Shown: positions 49,367 to 59,542 of the stretch, piece after piece
Layout: each line of letters begins with the position of its first letter
Numbering within the stretch: position 1 is the stretch's first letter
Assembly (NCBI GenBank): GCA_050287085.1
Contig: JBNKBE010000015.1
Location: forward strand, 96,001-160,000
Source of the DNA: Polyangiaceae bacterium
GTDB lineage: Bacteria; Myxococcota_A; Polyangia; Polyangiales; Polyangiaceae
Direction of reading: 5' to 3'
Length of the DNA stretch: 64,000 bases
The notes under the pieces: model-generated
The model's input: only the letters and a program-made list of their open reading frames with translations
The model's database searches: none
Told to the model about the DNA's origin: nothing
Position numbers and translations under genes: made by a program

Positions 49367-50503
49367 ATGTACCTACTCCTCACCGGTGCAAAGAAGAATT
49401 CCGGCGATTTTCTCATCACCGAGCGCGCCACAGAATTGATTCGCCACTTTCATCCAGGCGAAGAACTCATCACCGCCCCGTCGTGGCAGCCCCTAGATAT
49501 CGATCTAGCCAATGAAGCACGCGCCGTGATCATCCTCGGTGGCCCCGGATACCAGCCCGATCTGTACCCGAAGGTCTACCCGCTCTGCTCGCCATTGAAA
49601 CGCCTGCGCACGCCACTCGTCATGCTGGGCATGGGCTGGAAAGGGATCCCTGGGGATTCCGCAACGGTCGAGAGCTACCGCTTCTCCGACTCGGCGCGGC
49701 AAGCGCTCGACTTTGCGAGCCATACCTCCAGTTGGCTAGGGTGCCGTGACCCGCAAAGCGTGAAGGTGTTGGAGCGTCACGGCTACCACAACTCGCTTCT
49801 TACCGGATGCCCCGTCTGGTATCACCTACCGTCTCTGGGTCAGTCGATGCGCCTCCCCGAACGAGTGTCGCGCCTGGTGGTAACTCCTGCCCAGCACCCA
49901 ACGTATCGCGAACAATCGGTCGGGTTGCTCAAGCTGCTGGTCGACTTGTTTCCGGACGCTCTGCGCCTGTGCTCGTTTCACCGCGGTATTGATGAAGCCA
50001 GCGTCTGGACAACCGCCAACGAACGCCAGCATCATCGCTCAATCGCCGACGCCGCCACGGAATTGGGATACGAGGTGCGCAATGTCAGCGGGGACGCCAG
50101 CAGAACCAGCATCTACGAGCAGTATGAGCTGCATGTTGGCTACCGAGTCCATGCGCACCTGCAGTTCCTGAGCGAACGACGGTTGAGTCTGTTGTTGCAT
50201 GAAGACGGCCGCGGCCGCGGAGCTTCGGACGCTCTTGAGCTACGCGGCGTGGACGCCTTCCAGCGCTCGCGACCGGGCACGGTGCGGCAGTGGCTTCCGA
50301 GCCACGGGGCGCTCAGTCCCGCGCGAGGGTGGATGGCGCGTCTCGGTCCCGACTACGTTGCGTGCCCCGCGGCTCTCTCACACGTACGCGACCTGCTACA
50401 GCTCGATCGCAAGACAGGCTTCGCACGCTACGCTGGCGTTGCAGCGCGCATCGACCGCCATTTTGGCGTCATGAAGCAGTTCATGAACGCTATCCCCTCC
50501 TGA
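49367..50503 (+). CDS. Polysaccharide pyruvyl transferase family protein
   Basis: 'NSGDFLI','LGGPG','CRD..S','TGCP','GYRVHA'. Confidence 0.78.
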   Translation: MYLLLTGAKKNSGDFLITERATELIRHFHPGEELITAPSWQPLDIDLANEARAVIILGGPGYQPDLYPKVYPLCSPLKRLRTPLVMLGMGWKGIPGDSATVESYRFSDSARQALDFASHTSSWLGCRDPQSVKVLERHGYHNSLLTGCPVWYHLPSLGQSMRLPERVSRLVVTPAQHPTYREQSVGLLKLLVDLFPDALRLCSFHRGIDEASVWTTANERQHHRSIADAATELGYEVRNVSGDASRTSIYEQYELHVGYRVHAHLQFLSERRLSLLLHEDGRGRGASDALELRGVDAFQRSRPGTVRQWLPSHGALSPARGWMARLGPDYVACPAALSHVRDLLQLDRKTGFARYAGVAARIDRHFGVMKQFMNAIPS

Positions 50504-50553
50504 GTTCATGGCGCTGGGCTCGTCTGGTTGCGCATTTCTGCTAGCGTTCATGG

Positions 50554-51087
50554 GTGGCTACGGTCGATGAAATCCACACGCGCTGGCTCGCGCTTCCCGC
50601 AAGTCCCACACGCTGCGGGAGCGTCGTCGGAATCACGCGGCGGCTGGGCGCGGAGCGCCACGAGGCATTGCAACGCGCCGAGGTGTCCGCGCAGCTCGGC
50701 CTGGAAGGTGACCGTTGGTTGCAGGGCCCAAGACAGCGCAGTCGGCAAGTCTCGCTGGTATCGGTGCGAACCCTGGCAGCACTAACCCCGATTTCCCCCG
50801 CTTGGATACGCTGTGGCGACAACTTGCTCGTCGACTACTCACTGCTTGAAGAAGGTCTTCCAACTGGTGCGGAGCTGCTCATTGGCGGACTGCATCTCCG
50901 GGTCAGCGAAACGCCCCATCTAGGATGCAACCGCTTTGCACATCGCTTTGGCGAGGCTGCACGCACATGGGTCAATGCGGCAGCCTACCGCCACCTACGA
51001 TTGCGGGGTATCTACTGCGAAGTCCTACAAGGAGGCCTTGTCCAAACGGGAATGCCCGTGCGACGACTGGGTGCCCTCGGGCCCTAG
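50554..51087 (+). CDS. MOSC domain protein
   Basis: 'GLEGDRW','GDNLLVD','PHLGCNRFAHRFG','LRGIY..V..GG.V'. Confidence 0.82.
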   Translation: MATVDEIHTRWLALPASPTRCGSVVGITRRLGAERHEALQRAEVSAQLGLEGDRWLQGPRQRSRQVSLVSVRTLAALTPISPAWIRCGDNLLVDYSLLEEGLPTGAELLIGGLHLRVSETPHLGCNRFAHRFGEAARTWVNAAAYRHLRLRGIYCEVLQGGLVQTGMPVRRLGALGP

Positions 51088-51359
51088 GATCGGTGAGCTA
51101 GCAACTACAGAAAGAGCCGATCACCGGTACGCAAGCGCAGGGGCCCCGGGCGGCCTCATCCCTTGGCGTCGATACGACGCTGCTGCGTTTCCAGGATCGG
51201 TCCTCAGCGTCGGTTTTTTTCGCCCTAATGCTTCAAGAGCGACCGTCACATGCCGCATTGAATGCTGAGCGGGGGCGTCGGATACGATTCGCGGCTCCAA
51301 GCTCGCCGTTCGCCGGCGCGCCGCGCGCCAGTTGCGCGGCGCGCAGGCACGAGGTTGGG

Positions 51360-52613
51360 ATGAAGCCAGAAGAACTCTCACTCGACAGCCCTTTCGCCAT
51401 CAGCGACCTGCTCTTCGGCCTGTCGTCCCTACGTGATAGCGAAGGGCGCCCGGTAGGCGAAAGGCGCGCTCCGAGCGACGCCAAGGCGGGTGTGGAGATG
51501 GTGCTCAAGCCCTGCCCCTATCACGACTCCCGCAAGGGTGAAGCGATGAACGTCTCGGCGCTGGCGCAGATCACACGTCACCTTGGCTCGGTCCTCGATG
51601 ACATTGCGGCCTTTCGCCAAGCTCAGCCAGCCCCGGCATCCAACTGGCGCGCAGCATTCGGCGCCGTCATCGACCAACTCTTCGCCCCGGGACGAGACGC
51701 CCTCGACAGTCTGCGGGTGGAGGGCCACGTCCGGCCGACGCCGGCCCCGCTTGCAGTCGGTCACAAGCTCGCGGCTGGCTACTTCGGCGTGGTATCCGCC
51801 CTCCTGAAGGACGAGCTGAGCGGCCAATCTCACCCATTTTCCGTCGACCACTTCCTGGAATATGTGACTGCGACACGCGCTTTGCATGGTGCCAGCGAGG
51901 TATGTGGCGGCCCCCCCAACATGATTGAACGCGCAACGGTAACGTTGCTCACACCAGACTCGTCGAACCACTGCGCCGCGGACTATGCCGACCGCATCGC
52001 GGTTGCGGACTTGCTCGCGGAACAGATCATCTGCGGTTTGGAATACCAGCTACTCGACCACACTCTCGAATACCGCCTTTTCGAGTTGCTGGGCAGCGAA
52101 GTGCACTGTCGCAATCACTTCATCGCTGAACAATACCAATGCCGTCAGCGAGAACTTGAACACGCTCGTAGTCTCGGTCAGCGCCCCGCGCTTCCCGCTG
52201 CGGGGCGTCGGAAAGACGCGCTGGAATCACCGTCTCTGGAGCATCTCCCCAATATGCTCGAACCGCTGCTATCGGATGGTCGAGGCGTGTTGCTCGTCAG
52301 CAGCGAGCGTGCACCTGGTGTTGTTCATATTGCACGCACACTATTAATCGGCTACCAGCGAGCTGTTCTCGCTCAAGAGGCCTTGGAAGCGGACCTGAGA
52401 GCCAGGCTGGGGCTGCCGACCACTACTGGCCGTCCATGCAATAGCTTGCTCTTACCCCATGGCCGAACTCAGCGCTGGCTAGAAGCATTGGCGGGAGCAT
52501 CCCTGCGGACCGGGCCTGCGCTCGAGTTGACGCTCAATCGCATCCAGCAGCCAAGCGTTGTGCTCACCCCGGACCTCTGCGATGACGTCCCCGAGCCAGC
52601 CGTCGCGAGCTGA
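51360..52613 (+). CDS. Hypothetical protein
   Basis: ~417-aa ORF with motif-like segments RDSEGRPVGE, CPYHDSR, MNVSAL, EVCGGPPNMI. Confidence 0.65.
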   Translation: MKPEELSLDSPFAISDLLFGLSSLRDSEGRPVGERRAPSDAKAGVEMVLKPCPYHDSRKGEAMNVSALAQITRHLGSVLDDIAAFRQAQPAPASNWRAAFGAVIDQLFAPGRDALDSLRVEGHVRPTPAPLAVGHKLAAGYFGVVSALLKDELSGQSHPFSVDHFLEYVTATRALHGASEVCGGPPNMIERATVTLLTPDSSNHCAADYADRIAVADLLAEQIICGLEYQLLDHTLEYRLFELLGSEVHCRNHFIAEQYQCRQRELEHARSLGQRPALPAAGRRKDALESPSLEHLPNMLEPLLSDGRGVLLVSSERAPGVVHIARTLLIGYQRAVLAQEALEADLRARLGLPTTTGRPCNSLLLPHGRTQRWLEALAGASLRTGPALELTLNRIQQPSVVLTPDLCDDVPEPAVAS

Positions 52614-52674
52614 CGCGACCCCTTCGCCGCGTCCAAGTGACCACCTCAGTATGGGCAGGTCCCCCGCGGCCGGC

Positions 52675-53097
52675 TCACGCCTCCATCAGCCACGACTGCA
52701 TCATGGCCGCTGATGCCAGGCCAGCTTGTTGCCGCACGATCTGCCCCTGGTTGATGACGAGAAAGTTGGGGATACCGCGCACGCCAAACTCCGCGGCGAG
52801 CCCCGGGTATTTCTCCGTATCAACCTTGAGCACCAAGGCCCGACCGCTCATGTTGGCGGCGACCTTCTCGAGCTCGGGGGCCGCCCGCTGGCAGGGCCCA
52901 CACCAGGCCGCCCAGAAGTCGACCAGCACCGGAACTCGAGCGCTCGCGCGAATCGCTTGAAATGTAGCTGGATCGACAGCAAGCGGTCGGTCCACGGGGG
53001 CGAGCTCGTGTTTGCAGCGACCACATTTGCCACGGTCGGCAAGGTGTTCAGGCGCCACTCGATTCTTTTGCTGACAACTTGGACACGTACGGATCAT
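52675..53097 (-). CDS. trxC: Thioredoxin 2 (zinc-finger thioredoxin)
   Basis: CPSC...CGRC zinc finger; VDFWAAWCGPC; 'VRGIP'. Confidence 0.92.
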   Translation of the reverse strand: MIRTCPSCQQKNRVAPEHLADRGKCGRCKHELAPVDRPLAVDPATFQAIRASARVPVLVDFWAAWCGPCQRAAPELEKVAANMSGRALVLKVDTEKYPGLAAEFGVRGIPNFLVINQGQIVRQQAGLASAAMMQSWLMEA

Positions 53098-53228
53098 GAC
53101 AGCTCCTGGCGAACAAGGCGCAGACCAGACCTGACCGGGGGCTAGTGGCCTTGCCCACAGCAACCTGCGAATGCCAACGCGACCTGGCAAGGCCCAACAC
53201 TGAAATGAGGAAACGCGGCCCCAAAGCG

Positions 53229-53684
53229 CTACGCGACGCGGGGCCCCCGCCCGAGTCGCAGCAGACGCACAACAGCCTTTCGCTTGCCGCGCAGCAGATC
53301 TTCCAGCGTGTGCTCGTCCAACGCGGCGATGAAGCGTCCTGTGGCGTCGTCTAGCACGTCTTTCAGTGTACAAATCGGCTCAACAGCACACCCCTCGTGG
53401 TGTGGCTTGAGGCAGGCGACAACACCGAGCTCGGGCTCGACTTGCCGGACGATCTGACCGATGCGGATCTGCGCCGGCTCCGCGCGCAGCCGAACCCCGC
53501 CGCTCTTACCGCGCACCGTTTCGACCAGCTCGAGCGCCGCAAGGGTCTGAACCACTTTGAGCAAATGGTTGGAAGAGATCCCATACGCCTCACTGATCTC
53601 AGCCACTGTGAGCTTCTCGGGAGCGACAGAGCCGAGCGCCAACAAGGTGCGCAACGCGTAGTCCGTATGTTGAGTGAGCTGCAT
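53229..53684 (-). CDS. Rrf2-family regulator, NsrR-like
   Basis: MQLTQHTDYALR, 'HLLKV','RGKSGG'; three Cys (C-x7-C-x5-C). Confidence 0.88.
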   Translation of the reverse strand: MQLTQHTDYALRTLLALGSVAPEKLTVAEISEAYGISSNHLLKVVQTLAALELVETVRGKSGGVRLRAEPAQIRIGQIVRQVEPELGVVACLKPHHEGCAVEPICTLKDVLDDATGRFIAALDEHTLEDLLRGKRKAVVRLLRLGRGPRVA

Positions 53685-54082
53685 GAGGGCTCGGCGCCCA
53701 AACGCCTGTACCAAGCTGTAGCGACTGCAACGGCTCTCCGCAACCACCACGCTCAGGAGCGAGCGTATGGGCGGGCACGGCGATCGCCCTTGCGCCCGCA
53801 ATTGCGGACAAAATATGTCATTGATACGAATACTTAAGCGTATCGCCCCAGGTCGCAAGGGTCCGACCGGAGGACAGATACGTCTGGGGCCAGAGCTCGG
53901 CCGAACGGCGCCCAACTCGACGACAACACCCGTCGCTGCGGCTGCAAGTGCCCCCACGGCAACGCAGAGCCACGGCCCCGAACCGCGAAGGACCACGAGC
54001 ACGACACGTCTCCCGCCAACGCGCCGCTCGTCAGCGGGCAGACCCCTGGTCCGGTCTTGCCCCGGAAGCGGCGGAATGCTTG

Positions 54083-54167
54083 CGGAGAGGGCGGGATTCG
54101 AACCCGCGGTAGGTTGCCCTACGCCCGCTTAGCAAGCGGGTACCATCGGCCACTCGGTCACCTCTCC
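54083..54167 (-). tRNA. tRNA-Ser (GCT)
   Basis: GGAGAGG/CCTCTCC acceptor stem, CCCGC-TTGCTAA-GCGGG anticodon arm, long variable arm, GGTTCGAATCC T-loop; CCA not encoded. Confidence 0.97.
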
Positions 54168-54184
54168 AGGTTTTGGGAACGTGG

Positions 54185-54212
54185 AAACTACTTAGCCCAC
54201 GACAATCGTCAA
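54185..54212 (-). promoter_or_regulatory. Sigma-70-type promoter for tRNA-Ser
   Basis: TTGACG-N16-TAGTTT on the minus strand just upstream of the tRNA. Confidence 0.5.
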
Positions 54213-54216
54213 GGGG

Positions 54217-56067
54217 TTACTTCGACTCCAAAACAAAAGGCAGTGATGTGACAACCGTTTCCGGGCCTGCCAGCGGGGAGAAGCTCGCGAGAAAGGCCCG
54301 TTGCGCAGGAGAAAGCAGCTGGAGGAGGCTTGGTCGAACTGCCAGGCGGCGCAGCAACGCCCCCTCGGCTTGTCCGTCTGCCCCCTCATCGTCGCGCAAT
54401 CCGAAGAGCTCGAGCAGAGACGGCACCGTGCTAAACACCCTTGCCGGCACGTCCGGGGGCAAACTCGCCAGGCTGCGTGCGCGCTCGATGGCCAGCTCAA
54501 GGCCCCCGAGGTGATCGACCAGACCGTTCTCACGGCCTTGGGCTCCAGACCAGACACGCCCTTCGGCCACCACTCGGACGTCGTCTGGGGTCATCTTGCG
54601 CCCCATCGCAACGCGCTCAAGAAAGAGCTCGTAGGTCGTTGCCATATGCTGCCGCACCCGCTCACGGGTGCCTTCGTCCCAGGGCGTCAGCAGGCTGCCG
54701 TAGGTTGCACGCTCGGCGGCCCCGGGTGCCTCGCTGGCCGCAAAGGTATGGACGCTGATCCCGAGATCAGCCAGGGCTTCGCTAAAAGTGAACTTTCCGC
54801 CGACCACCCCGATGGAACCGATCAGACTCGTGGCCTCGGACACTACTTCGGAGCCGGCGCAGGCGAGATAATACCCCCCGCTGGCCGCCACGCTACCAAG
54901 CGACGCCACCACCGGCTTCTCACCGCGCAAGCGCAAGATCTCATGCCACAGCAGATCGCTAGCAAGCGCCGAGCCGCCAGGTGATTCGATGCGCAATACT
55001 ACGGCCCGCACCGAGTCGTCCTCGCGCAAACGGGTCAGGGTGCGTCGCAGCTCACCGAGAAAGATCCCGCCGTCGCCCAAGGGGCTGGACTCGCCCATGG
55101 CGATCGCGCCCTGCACGGGGAGCACGGCGATATGCGGCTCGGTCGTTTCCTCATCGTCACCGAGCAGCAGATGAACGAGCATGGAAAGATCACCCGCCGA
55201 CTCCTGCTGGCCAAGCGCTTGACTCGGCGAGACAAAGCGATCGAGTGATAGGCGCTCAGTGAGCGCGGCTCGCGCCTCCGATTCGTAGCCCACCTGCTCA
55301 ACGAGCCCAAGGGAGCGAGCCGCCTGGGCGTCATAGGGGCCGAGCTCGATAGTCTGAGCCAGTTCTGGCTTGTTCTTGGCTGTGACAATGCCATCGCGCC
55401 AATGAGCGCGCTGCGACGCAAGCAATGCGCGCATACTCTCGATGGCGGGCTCACTAGGACCGCTTCGGGTGAACATCTCGCCTGCGCTCTTGTATTCGCC
55501 GACGTGAAGGAACTCTGCTGAAACATCGATCCGTTCCAGCAGTCCGGCGAGATAGACAGCCTGGCCTGCTATGCCGATAGCGTCTACCCCTCCTGCGGGG
55601 CTGAGCCACGTCTCGTCGCAAGCCCTTGCCGCGAGCCAGAGCGTGCCGTTATCGAGGCCATCAGCATGGCAATACACCGGGATACCTGCACCCCGCGCCT
55701 GCTGAAAGAGGCGCCCCAACTCCTCGATCTGCGCAAATGCCAAGTGCGTCGAGCCAAAGCGCAGAAAGATCCCCCGGGTGCTGTCCTGCGCCATCACGGC
55801 TTGAGCCGCAAGCACCGTTCCCGAAAAACTCGGCGCGTGCTCAGACAACGTGATGCCAGCGCCTCCGGGTTGCTCAGGAGCCGCCCGCGCTAGGTCAAAG
55901 ACCACAACCTGCGCGTTGCTGCCAAAGGGAAAGGGCTTCTTCTTCTCGCTGCGGAGCGAATCGCAGCTACAACGGCAAGACGCGAGGGCCATCAAGACGC
56001 AAACAAAGTGCAAGCCCGAAGGGGCCATGCGGCGCACAATGGCCGCGAGAGATGGCAAGGTCTTCAT
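54217..56067 (-). CDS. sppA: Second signal peptide peptidase SppA (S49), probable lipoprotein
   Basis: GEYKSA, LRIESPGGSALAS, AASGGYY, GSIGV, AEGRVWSG; LASC lipobox-like. Confidence 0.9.
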   Translation of the reverse strand: MKTLPSLAAIVRRMAPSGLHFVCVLMALASCRCSCDSLRSEKKKPFPFGSNAQVVVFDLARAAPEQPGGAGITLSEHAPSFSGTVLAAQAVMAQDSTRGIFLRFGSTHLAFAQIEELGRLFQQARGAGIPVYCHADGLDNGTLWLAARACDETWLSPAGGVDAIGIAGQAVYLAGLLERIDVSAEFLHVGEYKSAGEMFTRSGPSEPAIESMRALLASQRAHWRDGIVTAKNKPELAQTIELGPYDAQAARSLGLVEQVGYESEARAALTERLSLDRFVSPSQALGQQESAGDLSMLVHLLLGDDEETTEPHIAVLPVQGAIAMGESSPLGDGGIFLGELRRTLTRLREDDSVRAVVLRIESPGGSALASDLLWHEILRLRGEKPVVASLGSVAASGGYYLACAGSEVVSEATSLIGSIGVVGGKFTFSEALADLGISVHTFAASEAPGAAERATYGSLLTPWDEGTRERVRQHMATTYELFLERVAMGRKMTPDDVRVVAEGRVWSGAQGRENGLVDHLGGLELAIERARSLASLPPDVPARVFSTVPSLLELFGLRDDEGADGQAEGALLRRLAVRPSLLQLLSPAQRAFLASFSPLAGPETVVTSLPFVLESK

Positions 56068-56113
56068 CAGCGGTCTTCAGCCCCAGCAGACAGTGTATTG
56101 AACTGGACCGACC

Positions 56114-58651
56114 TCATGGCAAGTCCGAATCGTCCGGCGAAGGCGGGGGTCCGGGACGGGGTCCCGGCGGCGCCGCGCGCGGTGGTTCGAGGGATGGTTG
56201 GGACTCGACCTCAGGGGCTGGCGGGGCCTGAGCGGAAGGGTTCGCTTCGCCCTCTTCGACCGGCTCGGGCTCGTCAGCTCCAGGCTCCTGCTCTCCCGTT
56301 GAGCTCGCCGTGGAGTCATCCTTTCCGACGCTGCCGGGCGACTCTTCCGCGCCAGCTCCACGCTCGGTAGCCGGCCTATCCCCCGCCGCTGGCGACGCGG
56401 CTCCCTCGAATTCCGCGACTCGCTCCTTTTCCTGCGCGGTCGCGGCGCCCTCGGCGATCAGCTGCCGGTAGAGCTTGACTGCCTCTGAGCGGTGACCCTG
56501 ACTCCATGCAATATCGGCATACCCATGCTGTGCTGGGGCATAGTTGCCCTGCATCCGCAACACGGCCCCAAAGTGGCTCCGCGCCTCTGCCATGGAGCCG
56601 AGCGCGCGCGCTGCCTGACCGAGGCCCGTGAGCGCTTCTAGATCTCTCGGATTGCTCTGCACCGCCGCCTGAAAATAGCGGCGCGCCGTCGGCCAATCGC
56701 CGGCCTGCCGCGCTTCGCGCGCCAGCTCCAGCGCCGAACGCGTTGCCGCCGCACCTCGCGCTGGCGAAGGTGCCTCTTTTGCGCTTGGACTGGACTCGAT
56801 CGCATCCGCTGGGCCTTGCGAAGCTTCACCCGGGAGCTGCTTCAGCCAAAGCGACAGCTCGGACGCCATCGGATGCGCGGGAGGCGTCGCAAGTTGGGCC
56901 GCCAGCAGATTGGCCTCGGACATCTCCCCCAGACGCTGCAGCGCCACCACCAGCGCGGGAGCGGCGCGCCCCAACTTACCTTCCGCCGCCATCGCTGCGC
57001 GCAGGCGCCGAACAACGAGCTGGAAGTCAGGAGCCCCGTCGGCCATGTCCAGCGCAGCCAGGGAGTAGTCGTGCTCCGACTCGGCAACGGCCCCGACGTT
57101 GGCGAGTGCGGCGCGGGCCTCCGGAATCTTGCCCGCCATGCGCAGGCTATCCACCTCCACGGCGGCGCGCTTGCCGCGGGGTACCTCGGCGCCACTCGCC
57201 GCGCCCATCACCTCTGCCAACGCGCCAAGTCGGCGCTCGAGTTCTGTCTGAGCCCGTTTCCAAAGCGGTCCGTCCTGCTCCGGCAGCAGCTGAGTCCGCA
57301 GCCACTCGCGCTCCGCTAGCAGCAGGGCTACGTCGAGCTGCGCCTCAGCCACCAGCGGATGACCTTCCGCGAGGCCGCTCGCCCGATCGAATTGCGCCTT
57401 GGCCGCCTCCAACTCCCCCTCATGAAGCTGCTCCCGCCCCTGCCGGAGATACTCGGCGAGGCGCCGGTCCGTCACCGACTCTGTTTCGCGCGAAGCGAAT
57501 TGGGTCAAGTAACTGCGCCCCAGCGTGACGCCCACGAGCACAAGTGCTCCCAACAATAACAGCCCCACGACCCACCGGAACCCACCGCTTCTGGGCGGAG
57601 GAATCGACGACGGGATCATCCGGCTGCTGAGCGCCTCGTAAGAACTGTCCTGGGACGCTACCTCCTCGCTGCCCCACAACCTCCCTTCCGCTGCACTCAA
57701 GGACGGCGCCGGCACCACCGGCGTCGGGCGGATCTCGAGGGGCGGAGATGAGAGCGGACCAAAGGCTGAAGACGAGGCTCCCGATGCCGCGCGCTCCTCT
57801 GGCACGTGCATCAGAGGCGGGGGCGCAGGCGCGGGAAGCAATGGCGCAGGCGCCGCAGGCGCAGAGCCGCGGCGCCTACCACGACGCTGAAGCCCCCCGC
57901 TCTCCGCGGCCGCAGCCGTGGCACCGCCCGAGGCCGCTTGCGCCGCGCCGGTCCGCGCTAAGCCACCCTCCGAACCAGAGCCACTCCGCTCCGAACCGGA
58001 CGCACTCCAGTGCGAACCCGATGCACTCCGCTCTTTCGGCAAAGGTGGCGGCGCCAGGTCCGGCGTAATGCGATCCAGCAGGTCGGCGCTGAACAACTCC
58101 GCCCGATGGTCTGGACGCGGACGCGCGCTAATACGTGCTGGCGTCCGAGGCCCAGCCCCTGAAGTCGGCGCCGAAACCGTTCGCTCGGCGCGTGTGCTCC
58201 GGGGCGGTGGCGGCTCAGCGTGCCGCTCCGGCGACGAAAGCGGAACCACGTCCGATGCCGGGCGCGGCATCCTACCAGCACTGTCGCCCGCAACCGCGGT
58301 CAGCACTTCCCCTCGCCCGGGCTGTAACGAAGCCCGTCCGAAGAATGAACTCAACTCCTCAACGTCACCCAAGCGGCGAAACCGCCGCCCATCGCGCGAA
58401 AAGTGATCAGCGGGCTGAACGTGCCCACCCCCTATTGCCAACTGCAAGTCCCGCAAGCTCGAGAACGTTAGCTTGGTGCCATCCGCCTTGTGGACATACC
58501 AGCGATCGTCCTGGGCTGGCCCCAAGGGCCCGAGCGCCCGCACTCGGAACTGATGACCGCAGTGAGTGCATTTCACCGTCGTGCCACGCCGAGACACGAG
58601 TGCGTCGTCAAACTCGTACTGGGCCGAGCATCGATTGCAGACTACGTTCAC
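56114..58651 (-). CDS. Zinc-ribbon (MJ0042-type) / GYF-like / TM / TPR protein
   Basis: CNRC...VKCTHC, 'RWYV...F.SL..L', Pro-rich linker, one TM, C-terminal TPRs. Confidence 0.8.
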   Translation of the reverse strand: MNVVCNRCSAQYEFDDALVSRRGTTVKCTHCGHQFRVRALGPLGPAQDDRWYVHKADGTKLTFSSLRDLQLAIGGGHVQPADHFSRDGRRFRRLGDVEELSSFFGRASLQPGRGEVLTAVAGDSAGRMPRPASDVVPLSSPERHAEPPPPRSTRAERTVSAPTSGAGPRTPARISARPRPDHRAELFSADLLDRITPDLAPPPLPKERSASGSHWSASGSERSGSGSEGGLARTGAAQAASGGATAAAAESGGLQRRGRRRGSAPAAPAPLLPAPAPPPLMHVPEERAASGASSSAFGPLSSPPLEIRPTPVVPAPSLSAAEGRLWGSEEVASQDSSYEALSSRMIPSSIPPPRSGGFRWVVGLLLLGALVLVGVTLGRSYLTQFASRETESVTDRRLAEYLRQGREQLHEGELEAAKAQFDRASGLAEGHPLVAEAQLDVALLLAEREWLRTQLLPEQDGPLWKRAQTELERRLGALAEVMGAASGAEVPRGKRAAVEVDSLRMAGKIPEARAALANVGAVAESEHDYSLAALDMADGAPDFQLVVRRLRAAMAAEGKLGRAAPALVVALQRLGEMSEANLLAAQLATPPAHPMASELSLWLKQLPGEASQGPADAIESSPSAKEAPSPARGAAATRSALELAREARQAGDWPTARRYFQAAVQSNPRDLEALTGLGQAARALGSMAEARSHFGAVLRMQGNYAPAQHGYADIAWSQGHRSEAVKLYRQLIAEGAATAQEKERVAEFEGAASPAAGDRPATERGAGAEESPGSVGKDDSTASSTGEQEPGADEPEPVEEGEANPSAQAPPAPEVESQPSLEPPRAAPPGPRPGPPPSPDDSDLP

Positions 58652-58924
58652 TTGGCAACCATACTGCGTTTCGGACTGCTCAAAGTACAGGCAGCACAAC
58701 GCGACCACGACAATAAACGACCAGCTCGCGAGAAATCACGCGGGGCAACGGAACGCCAGCATACACGACCCGCCGAACGCATAGGACTTTCACTGCAGGT
58801 TAGACGCCACCCCGCGCCCCCAAACAACGCCCGCCGCCACACCGCTTGCGATACGACTGACCGGTTCAAGGCTCTGCAACACACCGAGGGCCGCTGGCGC
58901 CCCCACACAGGCGCCTCCAGGACC

Positions 58925-59542
58925 TCACTTGACCAGGCGCAGGTGCGGGCGCGCAGCGGGGCGGTTCCCCCCGGAGGTACTGCCACCGGCGCGGGTCTTG
59001 TCTCCCGGCAGGGCCACCAAACGCGGCGGCTGAGAGGCCGGAGTCGAACGCTGGGCGCCGGGGCTCGGCGCCTCGACGCTCTCCTGCTCCTGTTGGCGTT
59101 GCGCCAGGGTCAGCGCCTGCTCTCGCGCTCGACGCTGGGCCTGGCGAGCGCGCTTAGCGTCGACAGCGTCGAGCGAGCGGATGGCCGGAGGCTGTTGCGA
59201 CTGGGCAGCCACTTCCGAAGGGATGTCATCGGGCCAGATCATCCCACGACCGTCTTCACCCACGAGAGCGTAGATAGCGCCCCACGGGACGTGGCAGTAG
59301 TGGGGTCTGCGACTGAAACTCAGCGTGCAGCTGATCCCTTCCTCACCTACGTCGAGGTCCGGAATGTTGACGGCCATATTCAGTCCCACCTGGAGCACCA
59401 GCTGCGATTGATTCTTCAGCCAGTTGGGCACCATCACGCCCTCCGAGCGCGGGTCCATATGAATGAAGACCGAAGCCCGTTCGAGCAGGGCTAGAGCCAC
59501 GTCTCTCTTCGGTGGGAGAACGACTGACATGGGCCTTTTCAT
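58925..59542 (-). CDS. sspB: ClpXP adaptor SspB (stringent starvation protein B)
   Basis: 'GVMVP','LVLQVG','LSFSRRPHYCHVPWGAIYA'; C-terminal 'PHLRLVK' ClpX-binding tail. Confidence 0.85.
   Translation of the reverse strand: MKRPMSVVLPPKRDVALALLERASVFIHMDPRSEGVMVPNWLKNQSQLVLQVGLNMAVNIPDLDVGEEGISCTLSFSRRPHYCHVPWGAIYALVGEDGRGMIWPDDIPSEVAAQSQQPPAIRSLDAVDAKRARQAQRRAREQALTLAQRQQEQESVEAPSPGAQRSTPASQPPRLVALPGDKTRAGGSTSGGNRPAARPHLRLVK

Noticed and set aside
53810..53838. NsrR binding box
   Set aside because: AT-rich but does not match the 11-1-11 consensus well enough to call as a feature
54083..54110. tRNA-Ser 3' end as an integration (att) site
   Set aside because: No duplicate of the 3' end noticed in the window and no integrase adjacent
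58490..59494. 334-aa plus-strand ORF
   Set aside because: Antisense shadow of sspB and the zinc-ribbon gene
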